Shown: positions 12,621 to 26,382 of the stretch, in pieces
Position numbering within the stretch: the first letter of the stretch is position 1
Layout of the letters: each line of letters begins with the position of its first letter
Assembly: GCA_964016885.1 (NCBI GenBank)
Contig: OZ024752.1
Location: 16,988,001-17,052,000, forward strand
From: Eledone cirrhosa
Lineage: Eukaryota
Direction of reading: 5' to 3'
DNA: 64,000 bases
The notes under the pieces: generated by a model
The model's database searches: none
The model's input: only the letters and a program-made list of their open reading frames with translations
Told to the model about the DNA's origin: nothing
Program-made: the position numbers and the translations under genes

Positions 12621-12936
12621 TATATACATACATACATACATACATACATACATACTGGAATGCATTAATTTCATGTATTTTTGTGTGCATGTCTATTTGT
12701 GCGCGCATATATAAAGTGAGTTTAGAGTTGACTTTACCTGTAATTTGTGTTTTACAATTCATGCTTAGATGCACCTTGGTAAGTAGAGATCAGATACGTT
12801 ATTAATAATGGACAACCTCAATCATTAGGTAACATCTGTTCACTGATCTTTTCGATGAATGCCATTTCTTTAAATACAACACGTATTACATAGTGACACA
12901 GTTGACATGTACATTATTGTTATCATATTTGCACAG

Positions 12937-12970
<34 letters not shown>

Positions 12971-13002
12971 ACGCACACACACACGCACTCCCCCCAGCAC
13001 GC

Positions 13003-13035
<33 letters not shown>

Positions 13036-13102
13036 CACATACACAAACACATATGTATAGTGACAGCACTCCTCCTCTCTCCTCTCTCTGCCCCTCTCTC
13101 TC

Positions 13103-13198
<96 letters not shown>
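12937..13198. repeat. Compound (CA)n/(CT)n/(TA)n microsatellite
   Basis: Directly visible. Confidence 0.95.
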
Positions 13199-14462
13199 GG
13201 AACCAGTAAGACCCCGACAGCTGAGCTCAAGCCGTTTCGACGGCTAATTCTGGACTAAATGAAAATTTATCCTGGTATTTAAATAGCCGATCTTCTCAAG
13301 GGGTAATTCCATATATGGTCAAAGTGATTGTCAAAAATCAGTAGTAATTCTGTGGTTGCAAATTAGTAGGGGAGATGGTGGCTAAACCTGCCAGTAGGAG
13401 AAAGAGGGGAGGTGGTGGAGTAGACCCAATCAAGCGTTGGTAGTGCCAGCTACAGCTGGGCATGAGGTCAAAGAAGATACAGGGGAGGGGGAGGGGGAGG
13501 AAGTCGGAACGGTAGGTAGAACAATGGGGGGTAGAAATATATAGGAAAGAAAAAATACTGAGAGTGAAGAAAAGCAAATAAGTGTAAAGAAAAAAGTAAA
13601 GTAAATTAAATTCTACGACCTAGGTCTCTAGCTATTGTTAGGCTAGAATAAATAAATAAAGAAAGAAAGAAAGAAGTAAAGAAAGAAATAAAGAAATAAC
13701 GAAATAGGTAAAAGAACTAGGTGGGACGGATAGGCAAGGACCCTTTTAAGAGGTATAAGTACGTAAATGATACGGTGACGGGTCAACAAAAGGGGCCAAA
13801 ATACTAAAGAGACTACCACGAAATAAACAATAAAGGTTTCCATCCCGGGCACAATGCCAGCAACCACCCAGTGCAGCAAAGTGAACTAGTACGAGATAAT
13901 AATTCTGAGTCCCGAGAAAAATATATACTAATGCTAACTCTAAAAGATCTAAAACAAGCTACATGAAAGTTCGTACGAAGTAAAGGTAGAATACGGAAAA
14001 ATAAATTCAGAATCCACCCCGCCCAAAAGAAAAGCGAAGAAAGAAATACTGAAACGAAAAAATAAGGCATAAGTGCCACTAAGAAATATAGAGGGCAGAG
14101 AGAATAGTGGGAGCGGTCGGAAAAAGGGGACAAGTATCCGGGGTCTAAACCAACTGCTATAAAGGGCGGAGTCCGCCAAATCTATCATAGACTAGGGGAG
14201 GGGGTGGGGGTACTAAGGCTACAAGGGGCCAAAGGGCAGCCTCGGGTGGGCGAGAAAAGACGCCGACAAAGGAGAAGAGCTGGGGTAGAAGGACTAAGGA
14301 GAGAGGGGGGAAGGAAATAAAGGAAGCGATAAAAGAATACAAAGAAGATCTTACGTCTCCCTTGGCAAGCAGGGGTTACCCATTGCAAAATCGGCAAGTG
14401 GGGTGTTATAGCCCTAGTCTACCCCCCGGGTCATTATACAAATATATATATATATATATATT

Positions 14463-14534
<72 letters not shown>

Positions 14535-14643
14535 TATAATATATAATATATGTAGTAATAAACACAGTAAATTGTGTGTCTAAAATTACGAGGGCTGAGA
14601 TACCACATTGGTTTGACAAATTTAACCTGAAGCAAACGGAAAA

Positions 14644-15119
14644 TCTATGTATGTAAAACAGGTGTCTGTCTGTCTGTTTGTGTAACCGCATGAATTTCTA
14701 CATTTTACATAGGTTTCTGAAGTCCTATTACGCGTCGTAGGCTATTTTATTTTTCCGTACCTCGATTGTGGGGTCCCCCAGTGGCAGGTAACCCCCTTAA
14801 GCCTCTCGATTGGAGTCAGCAGCACTACTGCATAAAGGCCCCATAATTCCTGCAGTTTGTCTCCCATCTTCACCAAAATTAATCTTTTGTTTACTTATGG
14901 CTTACAAATAAATTTGCAGGCATGCACTTGCGCAGAAATTCAGGTAGGGGACCCCTTGGGGGCAGTAAACCGACTTGATGAATGTTGAAGTGGATATCAT
15001 CAATGGAACAAAACGTCATAACTGCTTCAGTTGGTGTTTGGTTTTCACGAAGCGAGACGTATTGGTTACCAATGGCTTATAAAGGAAGGTGATCACATGA
15101 ACTTTTACTTGAACTTATC
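14644..15119 (+). mobile_element. Probable 5' part of a non-autonomous Helitron-like element
   Basis: Starts A|TCTATGTATGTAAAA followed by (CTGT)n, resembling the 5' end of the Helitron at 52867. No 3' CTAG end is seen before the hammerhead unit. Confidence 0.4.
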
Positions 15120-15182
15120 AAGACGTAAAATAAGAAAATTTCAAAAAATTTTTTAAAAATTAACTTACTTACTAAAATTTTC

Positions 15183-15264
15183 ACTCCAACTAATTAGTTT
15201 CTGCAATGGGATAAAGACAGCTACGTAATATAACTGTCGAGAATTCATTGCGTCATCAGGGAGT
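15183..15264 (-). ncRNA. Type I hammerhead ribozyme, family A (inverted copy)
   Basis: Reverse complement of 16165-16246. Confidence 0.7.
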
Positions 15265-16164
15265 CTATTCTCAGCTAAGTCTCCAGGCAATGCGCGGACA
15301 CTGGGGGCTCATATAAAAATAATAATAATTCGGTAGATGGAACAGCTAGCGGGGACTGGATTCCATGTACTGAAAAGCTCGCTGTCTCTGGTCAAATGGC
15401 AGATTCTAAAGAATCAATCACGTGACACTGAGGCTAGTCGGTAGGAGTGGGATGGTAAGATGACAGAAGCCTACTATCACACCAATAAATTAGTAGTGGT
15501 TTTGGCAGGTTTGCTAAAAAAATAAGTAATTTGGAGATAAATATAGAGAATTTAGTATATCTACTAACATATGCGTACAGATGTACGCTAATGCCAGCAA
15601 ATACACAGGTTAACGCAATGACGCAGATGACGCAATGAATTCTCGACAGTTATATTACGTAACTGTCTTTATCCCATTGCAGAAACTAATTAGTTGGAGT
15701 GAAAATTATAGTAAGTAAGTTAATTTAAAAAAAAATTTTTTAAATTTTCTTATTTTACGTCTTTTATATTATTGTTCTGCATCCTCCTGCATTGAACCAC
15801 CTAGGTACTATGACTTAACCTGTGTATTTGCTGGCATTAGCGTACATCTGTACGCATATGTTAGTAGATATACTAAATTCTCTATATTTATCTCCAAATT
15901 ACTTATTTGTTGAGCAAACCTGCCAAAACCACTACTAATTTATTGGTGTGATAGTAGGCCTCTGTCATCTTACCATCCCACTCCCTACCGACTAGCCTCA
16001 GTGTCACGTGATTGATTCTTTAGAATCTGCCATTTGACCAGAGACAGCGAGCTTTTCAGTACATGGAATCCAGTCGCCGCTAGCTGTTCCATCTACCTAA
16101 TTATTATTATTTTTATATGAGTCCCCAGTGTCCGCGCATTGCCTGGAGACTTAGCTGAGAATAG

Positions 16165-16246
16165 ACTCCCTGATGACGCAATGAATTCTCGACAGTTATA
16201 TTACGTAACTGTCTTTATCCCATTGCAGAAACTAATTAGTTGGAGT
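16165..16246 (+). ncRNA. Type I hammerhead ribozyme, family A
   Basis: actcc-CTGATGA-c-gcaatg..(gacagtta/taactgtc)..cattgc-a-GAAA-ctaattag-TT-ggagt. Helix I 5 bp, palindromic helix III, GUU site. Confidence 0.72.
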
Positions 16247-16423
16247 GAAAATTTTAGTAAGTAAGTTAATTTAAAAAAAATTTTTTTAATTTTCTTATTT
16301 TACGTCTTTTATATTATTGTTCTGCATCCTCCTGCATTGAACCACCTAGGTACTATGACATAACCTGTGTATTTGCTGGCATTAGCGTACATATGTGCGC
16401 ATATGTTAGTAGATATACTAAAT

Positions 16424-16602
<179 letters not shown>

Positions 16603-19600
16603 GTCCTGGGTATGACATTAAACTACATCTAGTGGCAAGGCTCCAGTTCGGGAGTTCAGGAGATGTGGGGAATGTGGAGTTACCCCTTAGTTGTCATGAC
16701 TCCCAGGTCTGCCCTGGCCCGGGGTGGTAGTACCTGTTAGGGCTCCATTTATGGGTTAAATAACTACCTTATTCGAGTGGCGCCGGTAAGGTATTGTCAG
16801 CCATTGAAAAGAAATATGGAGAGTCGATCTAACAGCACTAGGGTTAGAGCCCCTAATTACACTGTCAAGGAGCAGCCTGGTCGTTATGACTCTGCTGGCT
16901 TAGAGCCACAGAGAGGGCCAGTGGATGATGGATCAGCTGTCTCTGAGACAAATATAAAGAATGCAGTTTTGTCCTGCAGAAGAGCCATCAAAATGGGCAC
17001 TTTGAATGTGAGGACTATTCGAACGCTGGAGAAGAGAGAGGAGTTGGGACATCTGTTCGAGGAGAGTGGTATACAGATACTTGCGATCCAAGAACACAGG
17101 ATTCTACACGATGAGCCCGTGAGGAGTGTGATGATCGGGAGGAAGAACCAGCTCATCACTACATCGGCAGTGAAGAACACAACAAATGCTGCAGTAGGAG
17201 GAGTGGGTTTTGTGTTCAGTGCAAAAACCAATCTGTTGGTGAGGGAAATAATGCCTATCTCCCCGCGAGTGTTGAGGGTGACCTTCAATGGAAACCCAAG
17301 ACTGACAGTCATCTCAGCCTATAGTCCAACCGAGGGGGACAGTGATGTGAATGCCGAGGAGTTCCATGAGGAGGTGTGTAGAGCTGTCAACACCACTCAG
17401 GCACACAATATCCTGCTTGTTTTGGGGGACTTCAATGCACATCTGAGTAAGGAGGGCAGTGAAGATCCTTGCTGGTACGTCCATAACAACACCAACCGAA
17501 ATGGAAGACTACTGAGAGACACCCTGCTGGAGGCGAACTTGATGGCGACCAACCTAGGGTTTAGGAAGAATCTGGGGGAAGATGTGGACCTACATCTCAG
17601 ATATGCACCTGTCCAAGTCCCAGATTGATTTCATTCTGGTGAGGAAAAAGTGGCGGAATAGTGTTCTGAACACGGAACCATATAGCTATTTCAGTACACT
17701 GGGTAGTGACCACCGGCTTGTTATGAGTGAGGTCCGCGTGAGCTTAAGAAAGAGCAAGGCTCAGCCCCGGAGAACAATCTATGACTGGGGAGCTTTCAAG
17801 GAAGATGATAAGCTACAGGAGAGGTTCACAGTGGAAGTGAGAAACAGGTTTAGTGCTCTGTGTGGAGAGTCAGAGGAGAGAGAGATTGGATGGACTGAGG
17901 AGAGTGTGACGAGGAGGTACGGGCACTTCACCAATGCAGTGGCGAAAGCAAGTGAAACCCTGGTGCCGAGGAAAAAGAACAAAGGGAAGCACGTCAGCTC
18001 TGCAAACCCAAAAGTGTGTGCAGCCAGAGAACACCTGAAAGCTGCCAGGGACCAATTCTATGCTGATCCTACGGAGGAGAGGATGGAGACTGTGGAGGTG
18101 ATGAGGGAGGAGCTCTGTGCCGCTTGCACTGAGGTCAGAGAGGAGGCACTGATAGAGAAGATCAGAAGTGTGGAGAGAGCGGTTGACAGATCTGGATGTA
18201 AGGAGAGCTGGATGATCATCAACGAGATCACAGGGAGGAAGAAAAGGTGTTCGAGTCAGATCCAGGGAACGGGGCCCGAGGATAGGAAGAGGAAATGGCT
18301 AGACCATTTTAGGACCCTACTAGGAGAGCCACCCTCCACAGCTCAGAGCACTGGGGATATCAGGCGGCTGTTTGAGGAACTGGATGTTGAGACAGAGCCC
18401 TTCACCAGAGAGGAGCTTCAGAGAGCCAGGAGGAAGATCAAGGAGGGCAAGGCTCATGGAGAAGATGGAGTGGCATCAGAGGTGATGAAGAGGTGTGATT
18501 TTGATGATATCATCCTGGGGTTCTGTAACGGGGCACTGGAGAAAGGAGTTGCCCCGAATCAGTGGAGGATCAGTGGCATCGTCCCAGTGCCAAAGAAGGG
18601 AGATCTCTCTGGCACCAACAACTACCGGGGGATCTCACTGACGTCACTTGTGGCAAAGACCCTCAACAGGATGATTCTTAACAGGATCCAGCCTGAGATG
18701 GAGAAGAAGCTCAGGGACAACCAGAACGGCTTCAGAGAGGGTAGATCAACCACCAGTCACATCCTGATGCTGAGGAGGATATTAGAGGGAGCTAGAGCAA
18801 AGTGCCTTCTTGCGGTCATGGTTTTCATTGACTTTAGGAAGGCCTTTGATTCTGTGGACCGTTACTGCCTGATGAAGATCTTACAGGCTTATGGAATCCC
18901 CAAGAGGATAGTGGACCTGATATCATTGCTCTACACCAACACCAAAGCCCAAGTCATTACACCTGATGGGATGACAGAGTTCTTTGAGATACTGGCTGGA
19001 GTGCTCCAGGGAGATACATTGGCTCCCTACCTTTTTATCATCGTAGTGGACTATTGTATGCGCCTTGCACTGGAGAAACACCAGGACTCTGGCTTTACTG
19101 TAGCACCGGCTCAGAGCAGGAGAGTTGGGGCGAAAAAGGTATCGGATGCTGAATTTGCCTACGACATAATTTTGGTGACAAATACAGTGAAGGAGGCAGA
19201 GGATTTGATGCGGGAGGTTGAGACTGTGTCGATGAGTGTGGGGCTGAGAATGAATGAGACTAAAACAAAATATCTGGTAGAGAATGTTGAGAAGCCAGAG
19301 GGGATCACTAATGTAGGCGGGAAGCCGCTGGAATTGGTTGAGGACTTCCTGTATTTGGGAGCAAAGATTGGGAATGCGGAGGATGATGTGGTTGAGAGGA
19401 AGAGCAAGGCCTGGGCGGCGTGTCACAGCTTGAGATCGGTGTGGAAGTCGGACCTTCGTAGAGACCTGAAAATCCGCCTCTTCATTGCTGTAGTGGAGTC
19501 TGTGCTGCTGTATGGGTCTGAGACTTGGACACTGACCAAAAGACTCACTCAGATGGTGGATGGGTGCTACACGAGAATGCTGAGGATGGCTCTGAACATT

Positions 19601-19910
19601 AATCAGTATACACTGAGGATGAAAAGCTCAGAGCTGTATGGGAGCATCCCAAAAGTCAGCTCAAAAGTGACACAGAGAAGACTGAGGTTGGCTGGACATG
19701 CTCACCGACATCCAGAGTTGACATTGCACTCAGTGCTCCTTTGGGAGCCCCTACATGGACACGCTAGAAGAGGAAGACCAAGGATAACATATGTTGATGC
19801 CCTAAGGACAGACACTGGTCTGTTGGAGATGCAGGATATGGCAGCGATAATGAGGGACAGAGACCGCTGGAGAGAACTCGTCCATGGATCTCGGGAATTT
19901 TACCCGCCTT

Positions 19911-19912
<2 letters not shown>
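16603..19912 (+). mobile_element. RTE-clade LINE, apparently full length, embedded in (TA)n
   Basis: Short 5' UTR, APE and RT. The stop codon is followed directly by (AT)n, and (AT)n also precedes the 5' end. Confidence 0.88.
16777..19912 (+). pseudogene. RTE APE-RT protein, frameshifted with mutated RT catalytic motif
   Basis: GTLNVRT, IQEHR, AYSPT, GDFNA, IDFILV, SDH; NYRGISL, FIDFRKAFD, GVLQGDTLAP, RGRPR. +1 G in the run at 17574-17578. FAYD replaces FADD (the sister fragment near 45290 has FADD). Confidence 0.88.
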
Positions 19913-19977
<65 letters not shown>

Positions 19978-20236
19978 CGATGAATTAGTTTTGCGAGGTT
20001 TTTATATGAAATCGTGTGTCGAAACAAATATTGTTATACTTGGGGAGGGTCATATTTGTGTAATATTGCCAGAATTAATAACAGAACACACTCACTGTTT
20101 GGTTGGTTTTCGCTTTTCGCTTCTCTGTCTTTTATATCGGTAATCTAATTTATTCGGTCCTCAATGTTGCCATTGACTGACCAACGGTCAAAAATAATAC
20201 AGATACAATATAGACACAAACACATATATATAGTTT

Positions 20237-20278
20237 ATCAAAGTTCTTTCGTTGCACATCTGCAACATCGTCAGTGGT
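20237..20278 (-). ncRNA. Minimal hammerhead in PLE 3' region
   Basis: Reverse complement of 22630-22671. Confidence 0.6.
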
Positions 20279-20554
20279 GCTATTGTTTCCTCCCGTTACA
20301 TTGTATGTCTACGCCATCTTTATTTAGTCTGTTTATATATTTATTTATTTATTTGTTTGTTTGTTTATTTTATTTTGTCTTCTTTGCGCATGCGTTTGCG
20401 TGTGTGTATAGTGTTTTGTTTGATGTGTGTTCGTGATTGGGTGACTGTGTATCGGTTAATGTATTCTATCTTTACTAGTGTGTGTTTATATGTGTTTGTT
20501 ATTATTGTGCTTGTGTATGTATTTATTTATTTATTTATCTATTTATTTATTTAT

Positions 20555-21832
20555 TTATGCTTCTCTTAGGTCAGTGTTGTTTGTTTGGGTGTTGTTGTTA
20601 TTCCATTCATTCTTTCTGTTTAGTTTTGGCCTTCTAAGTTCTATTTCACTGGCCTCTCTGATTTGCCTATCTGCTGGGTCATTTCTATGTTTAGATATTA
20701 TTCTAATTTCTATGTTGTCTATGTTACCGTCGTGTTGTTGTCTGGCATGTTCGTATAGTACTGACCCGTTTTTTCGTCCTTTTAGTTCCCCCCAGTGTTG
20801 GTCTATCCTTTCACCTATGCTACGAGCTGTCTCGCCTATGTATGTTGTTATCATGTTTCTGCAAGTACCCTCTGTACATCTTATGCTATAGACTACGTTT
20901 CTAGTTTTACAGTTTATCCGGGGGTTTACCTTACATATGATACATTTCCTATTAGTACAGTGGGTTTTCTTAAAAGGGTAGGTTTTGCTGATCAGGGATT
21001 TTATGGTAGTTTCTGGCTTTTCTACCACCTTAATCTTTAAGTGGGTCTTTCTCAGGGCCTTTCTACACTGGTTAGCTAATTTCCCTCCAGGGGTAGCGTC
21101 AACAAACATGACACTCTGGTATCTCTGGTTGTCGTACCATGAGGTGGCTTTCCCTATCTTATGTCTAGCCCTATCTAAGCAATTCCATGATTTGCTCCTG
21201 TATAATGGGCAAATTCCTTTCATGTCCAGTTCTATGAGGGTCTTATACTTCTCCATGGCTCCTTCGTATACTCTGACTCTGTCTCTTTGGTTGTAGCCAG
21301 AGAACTGCATGCGGTTGATGAAGTGTTGGATGTGTCTTTCCATTTCTGTTGGGTCGCACATGCGGGACACATTCTTCATCACTCGTACCAAATCTGCGAT
21401 CAGAATATTAAACTTAGCACTACTGGACATTGCTGAGTTTTTGAGTATCAGGTATTTGGAGGCCATGGGTTTAGCATAGTGTGAGTGGAGAATTTGGGCT
21501 CTCTCGTCTATAGTGTTAATCCAGAGTTCCGTGTCTAATACAGGTAGTCTATTGTTAGGGTGTTTGGAAGGGTAGTCGATAGTTACAGTTATACTCTGGT
21601 GTATGGAATTAGCTAGCTGCTGGATGCTTTCCATTGTGCTACGTTCTAAATCAAACTTGTTAGTGCTCTCTAGTGAGGATGTTCTTATAACTATATTGAT
21701 ATCGTCTACGTAACGAGAGTACATGATGAGGTCTATGGAGCTCTCATTAAGGAGATCTTTAAGTCTCCTTTCCCACCATACCATAAAAAGGTTGGCAACA
21801 TCACCAGCTATGCTGGTGATGTTACCAACGTT
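20555..21832 (-). pseudogene. PLE RT (C-terminal part) plus GIY-YIG endonuclease
   Basis: YSRYVDD, LPVLDT, Cys-rich linker CTNRKCIIC, NVVYSIRC..TYIGETARSIGERIDQH..REASEI..LN. The first 12 aa of the listed ORF come from the inverted arm. Confidence 0.88.
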
Positions 21833-22629
21833 GCTAACCAGTGTAGAAAGGCCCTGAGAAAGACCCACTTAAAGATTAAGGTGGTAGAAAAGCCAGAAAC
21901 TACCACAAAATCCCTGATCAGCAAAACCTACCCTTTTAAGAAAACCCACTGTACTAATAGGAAATGTATCATATGTAAGGTAAACCCCCGGATAAACTGT
22001 AAAACTAGAAACGTAGTCTATAGCATAAGATGTACAGAGGGTACTCGCAGAACATGACTACAACATACATAGGCGAGACAGCTCGTAGCATAGGTGAAAG
22101 GATAGACCAACACTGGGGGGAACTAAAAGGACAAAAAAACGGGTCAGTACTATGCGAACATGCCAGACAACAACACGACGGTAACATAGACAACATAGAA
22201 ATTAGAATAATATCTAAACATAGAAATGACCCAGCAGATAGGCAAATCAGAGAGGCCAGTGAAATAGAACTTAGAAGGTCAAGACTAAACAGAAAGAATG
22301 AATGGAATAACTACAACACCCAAACAAACAACACTGACCTAAGAGAAGCATAAATAAATAAATAAATAGATAAATAAATAAATAAATACATACCCAAGCA
22401 CAATAACAACAAACACATATAAACACACACTAGTAAAGATAGAATACATTAACCGATACACAGTCACCCAATCACGAACACACATCAAACAAAACACTAT
22501 ACACACACGCAAACGCATGCGCAAAGAAGACAAAATAAAATAAACAAACAAACAAATAAATAAATAAATATATAAACAGACTAAATAAAGATGGCGTAGA
22601 CATACAATGTAACGGGAGGAAACAATAGC

Positions 22630-22671
22630 ACCACTGACGATGTTGCAGATGTGCAACGAAAGAACTTTGAT
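22630..22671 (+). ncRNA. Minimal hammerhead in PLE 3' region
   Basis: acca-CTGACGA-t-gttgca-gatg-tgcaac-GAAA-gaac-TT-tgat. One extra nt after A9 and one mismatch in helix I. Confidence 0.6.
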
Positions 22672-22872
22672 AAACTATATATATGTGTTTGTGTCTATAT
22701 TGTATCTGTATTATTTTTGACCGTTGGTCAGTCAATGGCAACATTGAGGACCGAATAAATTAGATTACCGATATAAAAGACAGAGAAGCGAAAAGCGAAA
22801 ACCAACCAAACAGTGAGTGTGTTCTGTTATTAATTCTGGCAATATTACACAAATATGACCCTCCCCAAGTAT

Positions 22873-22943
<71 letters not shown>

Positions 22944-23339
22944 CCTTGTCTACATTCTAACTAAAATATACCATAATTTCCTTTGGTGGCGTGGGGTTTC
23001 ACAGCCTTCCGGTATATAGCAGTGGCGTGGTTCGATTGCTACAGGTAATTCCCTGCACTATTTCCCCCCCTCAAAATATTTATATCCCCGTTTCTTTCCA
23101 ACTATATTATTGTAAATATGTGTTGTAATGACTATTGCAAGAGGCAAAACATTCTGGCTGATTCGACACCCACGTGCTTTTTCTAAAAGACATTCCCCCC
23201 GCTCCTTTCTCTTCTCATACTATATGTTTCTACTTCTTTTATTCCTCATTCTATTTGTTGATGGAAATATTTTTCTCTATTCCTCTGTGAATATATCACA
23301 CAGTAGCCAGTTCGTTATACGATCAAGCAGGGATGTTCT

Positions 23340-23830
23340 AACACAGTCCTCTCTCCGTTCAGGTATGGATTTACCTACCCAAGAAAGAGAGAAGCCTGAT
23401 CATACTTCTGTTAATTGTTCTTCTACCAAACGTATTTTAGATAAAGCAGCTATGTCTATGTTCAACCTTCTAAGTTCTTTTGTAACAAGTGTAGTTGTAC
23501 GCTCCGGACGTCCGGACGAGTTTCTATCCAGTTCTGTCCTAACGTTCCAACAACAAATGTTGAGTTTGACTCGATCTTTCGAGTATTTTTTACATTTTGT
23601 TCTATTCTTATTTCTGCTCGAGTGAGGCAAAGTAAGTTCTGGGCGCCTGTGTGTAGACTTGTGACTATAAGCTTGCAACTGGTCAGGCGAAGAAAGATGT
23701 AAGAGACATCTGTATATCAGTATATTATAGTGGTAAACACTTGTACAACACAAGTAGCATTTGCTGAGTGTCCACAACTAGAGTCCAGTGACATGCCGAA
23801 ACAAGATGACCGGGAGTTGCTTCTACGGCA
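23340..23830 (-). mobile_element. RTE (BovB-like) 5' fragment, N-terminus of APE
   Basis: KLNICCWNVRT..RPERTTTLVTKELRRLNIDIAALS in ORF 23400-23777. Confidence 0.75.
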
Positions 23831-23858
23831 GGTTTTAAGGAGTTTCCTTCTTACTTAA

Positions 23859-23951
<93 letters not shown>

Positions 23952-24049
23952 TACTCATTCATACGTACACACATACACACACACGCTACTCACACACACA
24001 CACTCATATTTAAATATTACAGTCATTATTAATACTATAATTGTGGCCG

Positions 24050-24330
24050 CTGTTGTCACTGTTATTCTCTCTCTTTCATTCACTGCCTCCGTCTCTCTCA
24101 CTTTCCCCATATCTCACTATTATAAGCAAATAGGGACTCACGCTCTGGCCACCCCGCGACCCCGGCGGACACAATAGAGAAGTCCTTTCCTCCGAATATG
24201 GTGAAGAAGACGCGTTGGAAGAGCCATTTCAGCTCGCGAAGTTTACACCTGTGGGCAGCGAACTCCATGCCGATAGTGGTGAGTAGGGTGGTGGTCATAG
24301 GGCCAAGGACACCAGAAGTCTCCACTCCTA
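24050..24330 (-). mobile_element. Degenerate 3' fragment of a CRE-like RLE LINE
   Basis: GVETSGVLG..WLFQRV is homologous to 30653-31084. A small inverted piece lies near 24510-24580. Confidence 0.65.
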
Positions 24331-24929
24331 AATTGTATCTTGAGCACATTACGAAATGGAAGATTTAGAGCAGCTGTTCTCAAGTTGTTCTATTGCCCGT
24401 ATCCCTTTTCTAAAATTTCAGTTTCTTTAAATCTATGATAACTAGATGGGAAAAATAAACACATTCCCTATTCTGTCCACCGGAGCTGCGGATCAGCCTG
24501 CGCATGGGCCCCCATTTGCTTATAGTGAAAGATGAGGAGAGCGAGAAAGACGGAGGCAGTGAGTGAAAGAGAGAGGACATCAATACTTATTTATTTGTAT
24601 TCATCAAATGACTACTACTAGAGAGAAAGTAAAAAATGTTCAAGACATGGAAATTTGTTGTTAAAAGCAACACGAATACTATTCTAAAGATCAATTAGAT
24701 CAAGTGATGCCTGTGCGTGAAGCTTTTTAAAGTGAAGAAAAGCCTTGTAGTGGACCAATCCCACTCTCTGAACAACGGTGACAGGTATCCAAGATGAACA
24801 TGTCAACATCATACATACAATTATTAAATGTATGATAACTAGATCCGAAAAAGAAACACAAGAGAAAATAAAATAGTTTATTTAAAAATACAAAATGTAT
24901 AAAAGTATTTTTATTTGTCGTTATTTTTC

Positions 24930-25480
24930 TTGTCTTATTTTTGCTAAACAATGTTTAAGACATGGGAATTTGTTGTTAAAGGCAACACGAATATTATTGT
25001 AAAGGTTTAAGTGGTTTCTAAGCTTCGTTGTCTTATATAGAAAAGTTGAAAATCACAACTCGCATAAACCCGTTGTAGCAAATGGAAGCGGAATCATTGC
25101 TGACCAAAACTGCTCAAATTAATTTTTATCCCAACTCAACTTTCATGACCTGTTTGACTCCTAGATCAATTAGATCTTCTTTAAATTCATTATCGTTCGA
25201 TATTTTTTGTAAATCGAAGAGAAACGGACCAATAAGCCACTGTTCTGCTAGTTGTAGAGATACTCCTGAAAAATACTCATGAAATGATTTGCACAGTATT
25301 TGAAGCTGTACAATAAATGTTCAGTGTTTAACTAGAATTGGTGAATTAAAAAGAATATTCCATCATCTTCATTTATTCAAGTGAAACCAAATTCATGATA
25401 GTCTTCATTGCATTTTCTCACTTTGGATATTGATATATTTAATTGTGACCTGGAATGCTAAAAAATATTAATTATTAAAG
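24930..25480 (-). pseudogene. hAT (Charlie/Buster-like) transposase C-terminal relic
   Basis: Manual translation of the minus strand 25100-24961 gives LPFATTGLCEL*FSTFLYKTTKLRNHL..IRVAF, matching the hAT dimerisation motif LPFxTTYLCExGFS..KxRNRL. Confidence 0.7.
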
Positions 25481-25729
25481 CGTAAAAAGATTTAATATTC
25501 AAAGCTTTTAACAATATAATTTTTATTAATTTAAATTCCATTTGCTTAAAGTTCATTTGGGTTCACAATTAAAACTTTAATCCCCAAGCTGAAATATACG
25601 CGGATAAAATTACATTTACTTTAGAGTTCAGTATATTATCTCTAATATTTCGGTGAAAAGATACAAACCACAATTGAAAAGTATTCAACACCTATCAATT
25701 GGTTGCTTAGGGTTGACCTATTTTACAAT

Positions 25730-25895
25730 AATTGTTTCTACTTTTGGCACAAGGCCAGCAATTATCCAGTGTATTACTGGTACTTTATTTTATCGACTCC
25801 GTAAGGATGAAAGGCAAAGTTAACCTCGGCGGGATTTGAACTCAGAATGGCAAGGGCCGTAACTCTATGCGTCAAAACATGGCGTCCGACCCTAC
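25730..25895 (-). mobile_element. SINE copy
   Basis: Reverse complement of the 42294-42488 family. Partial copies at about 28298-28398, 46160-46240, 51845-51941 and 52703-52760. Confidence 0.8.
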
Positions 25896-26382
25896 AATAA
25901 TATTAACCTTCCAGACAGGCTTCTTTCTAAACATTGCTCTGAATATTAATAGATTTAATTAAAACTACACCCTATAATAAGGAAAACATTACGCATCAGG
26001 AAAGTTCGACTGGATTCACTCTTTCTCTGTGTATTCGTATCAGCTTCCAAAATTTATAGCTAAAAGGCTTATTCGTAAACATACCATATATCGCTAGATA
26101 TACAAAATACACATACTTATATGTATACAACTATATTGCAGCGAACACCTTAATTAATAATATAACTTTAATCGGATAAATATGAGCTTGTTTATTAGAC
26201 TATATCTAATAAACATGTAGCTAAATTTTAATGTATTTGATTCTACTTTAAACACACTTTATCATAACATAGATCACATATATATATATATGATGACATA
26301 TATTTCTATATATATTCGGATACCTAACGGGACCGAAGACCCCATATAGAGGGAATCAGTTCTCAACCAAGATATATTCACC

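Larger units (their letters stand above)
20028..22880 (-). mobile_element. Penelope-like element, 5'-truncated, with about 1.05-kb inverted duplication of its 3' part
   Basis: Arms 20028-21076 and 21833-22880 are near-perfect reverse complements; (TA)n lies just outside both. Confidence 0.9.

Noticed and set aside
13200-13262. Hammerhead in the repeat shared with about 52562-52690 and 57130-57260
   Set aside because: GAAAC is present but no intact CUGANGA with pairing helices in these copies; probably a truncated PLE terminus.
16603-16765. Defined ribozyme in the RTE 5' UTR
   Set aside because: Complementary segments exist but I could not fit an HDV or twister consensus by eye.
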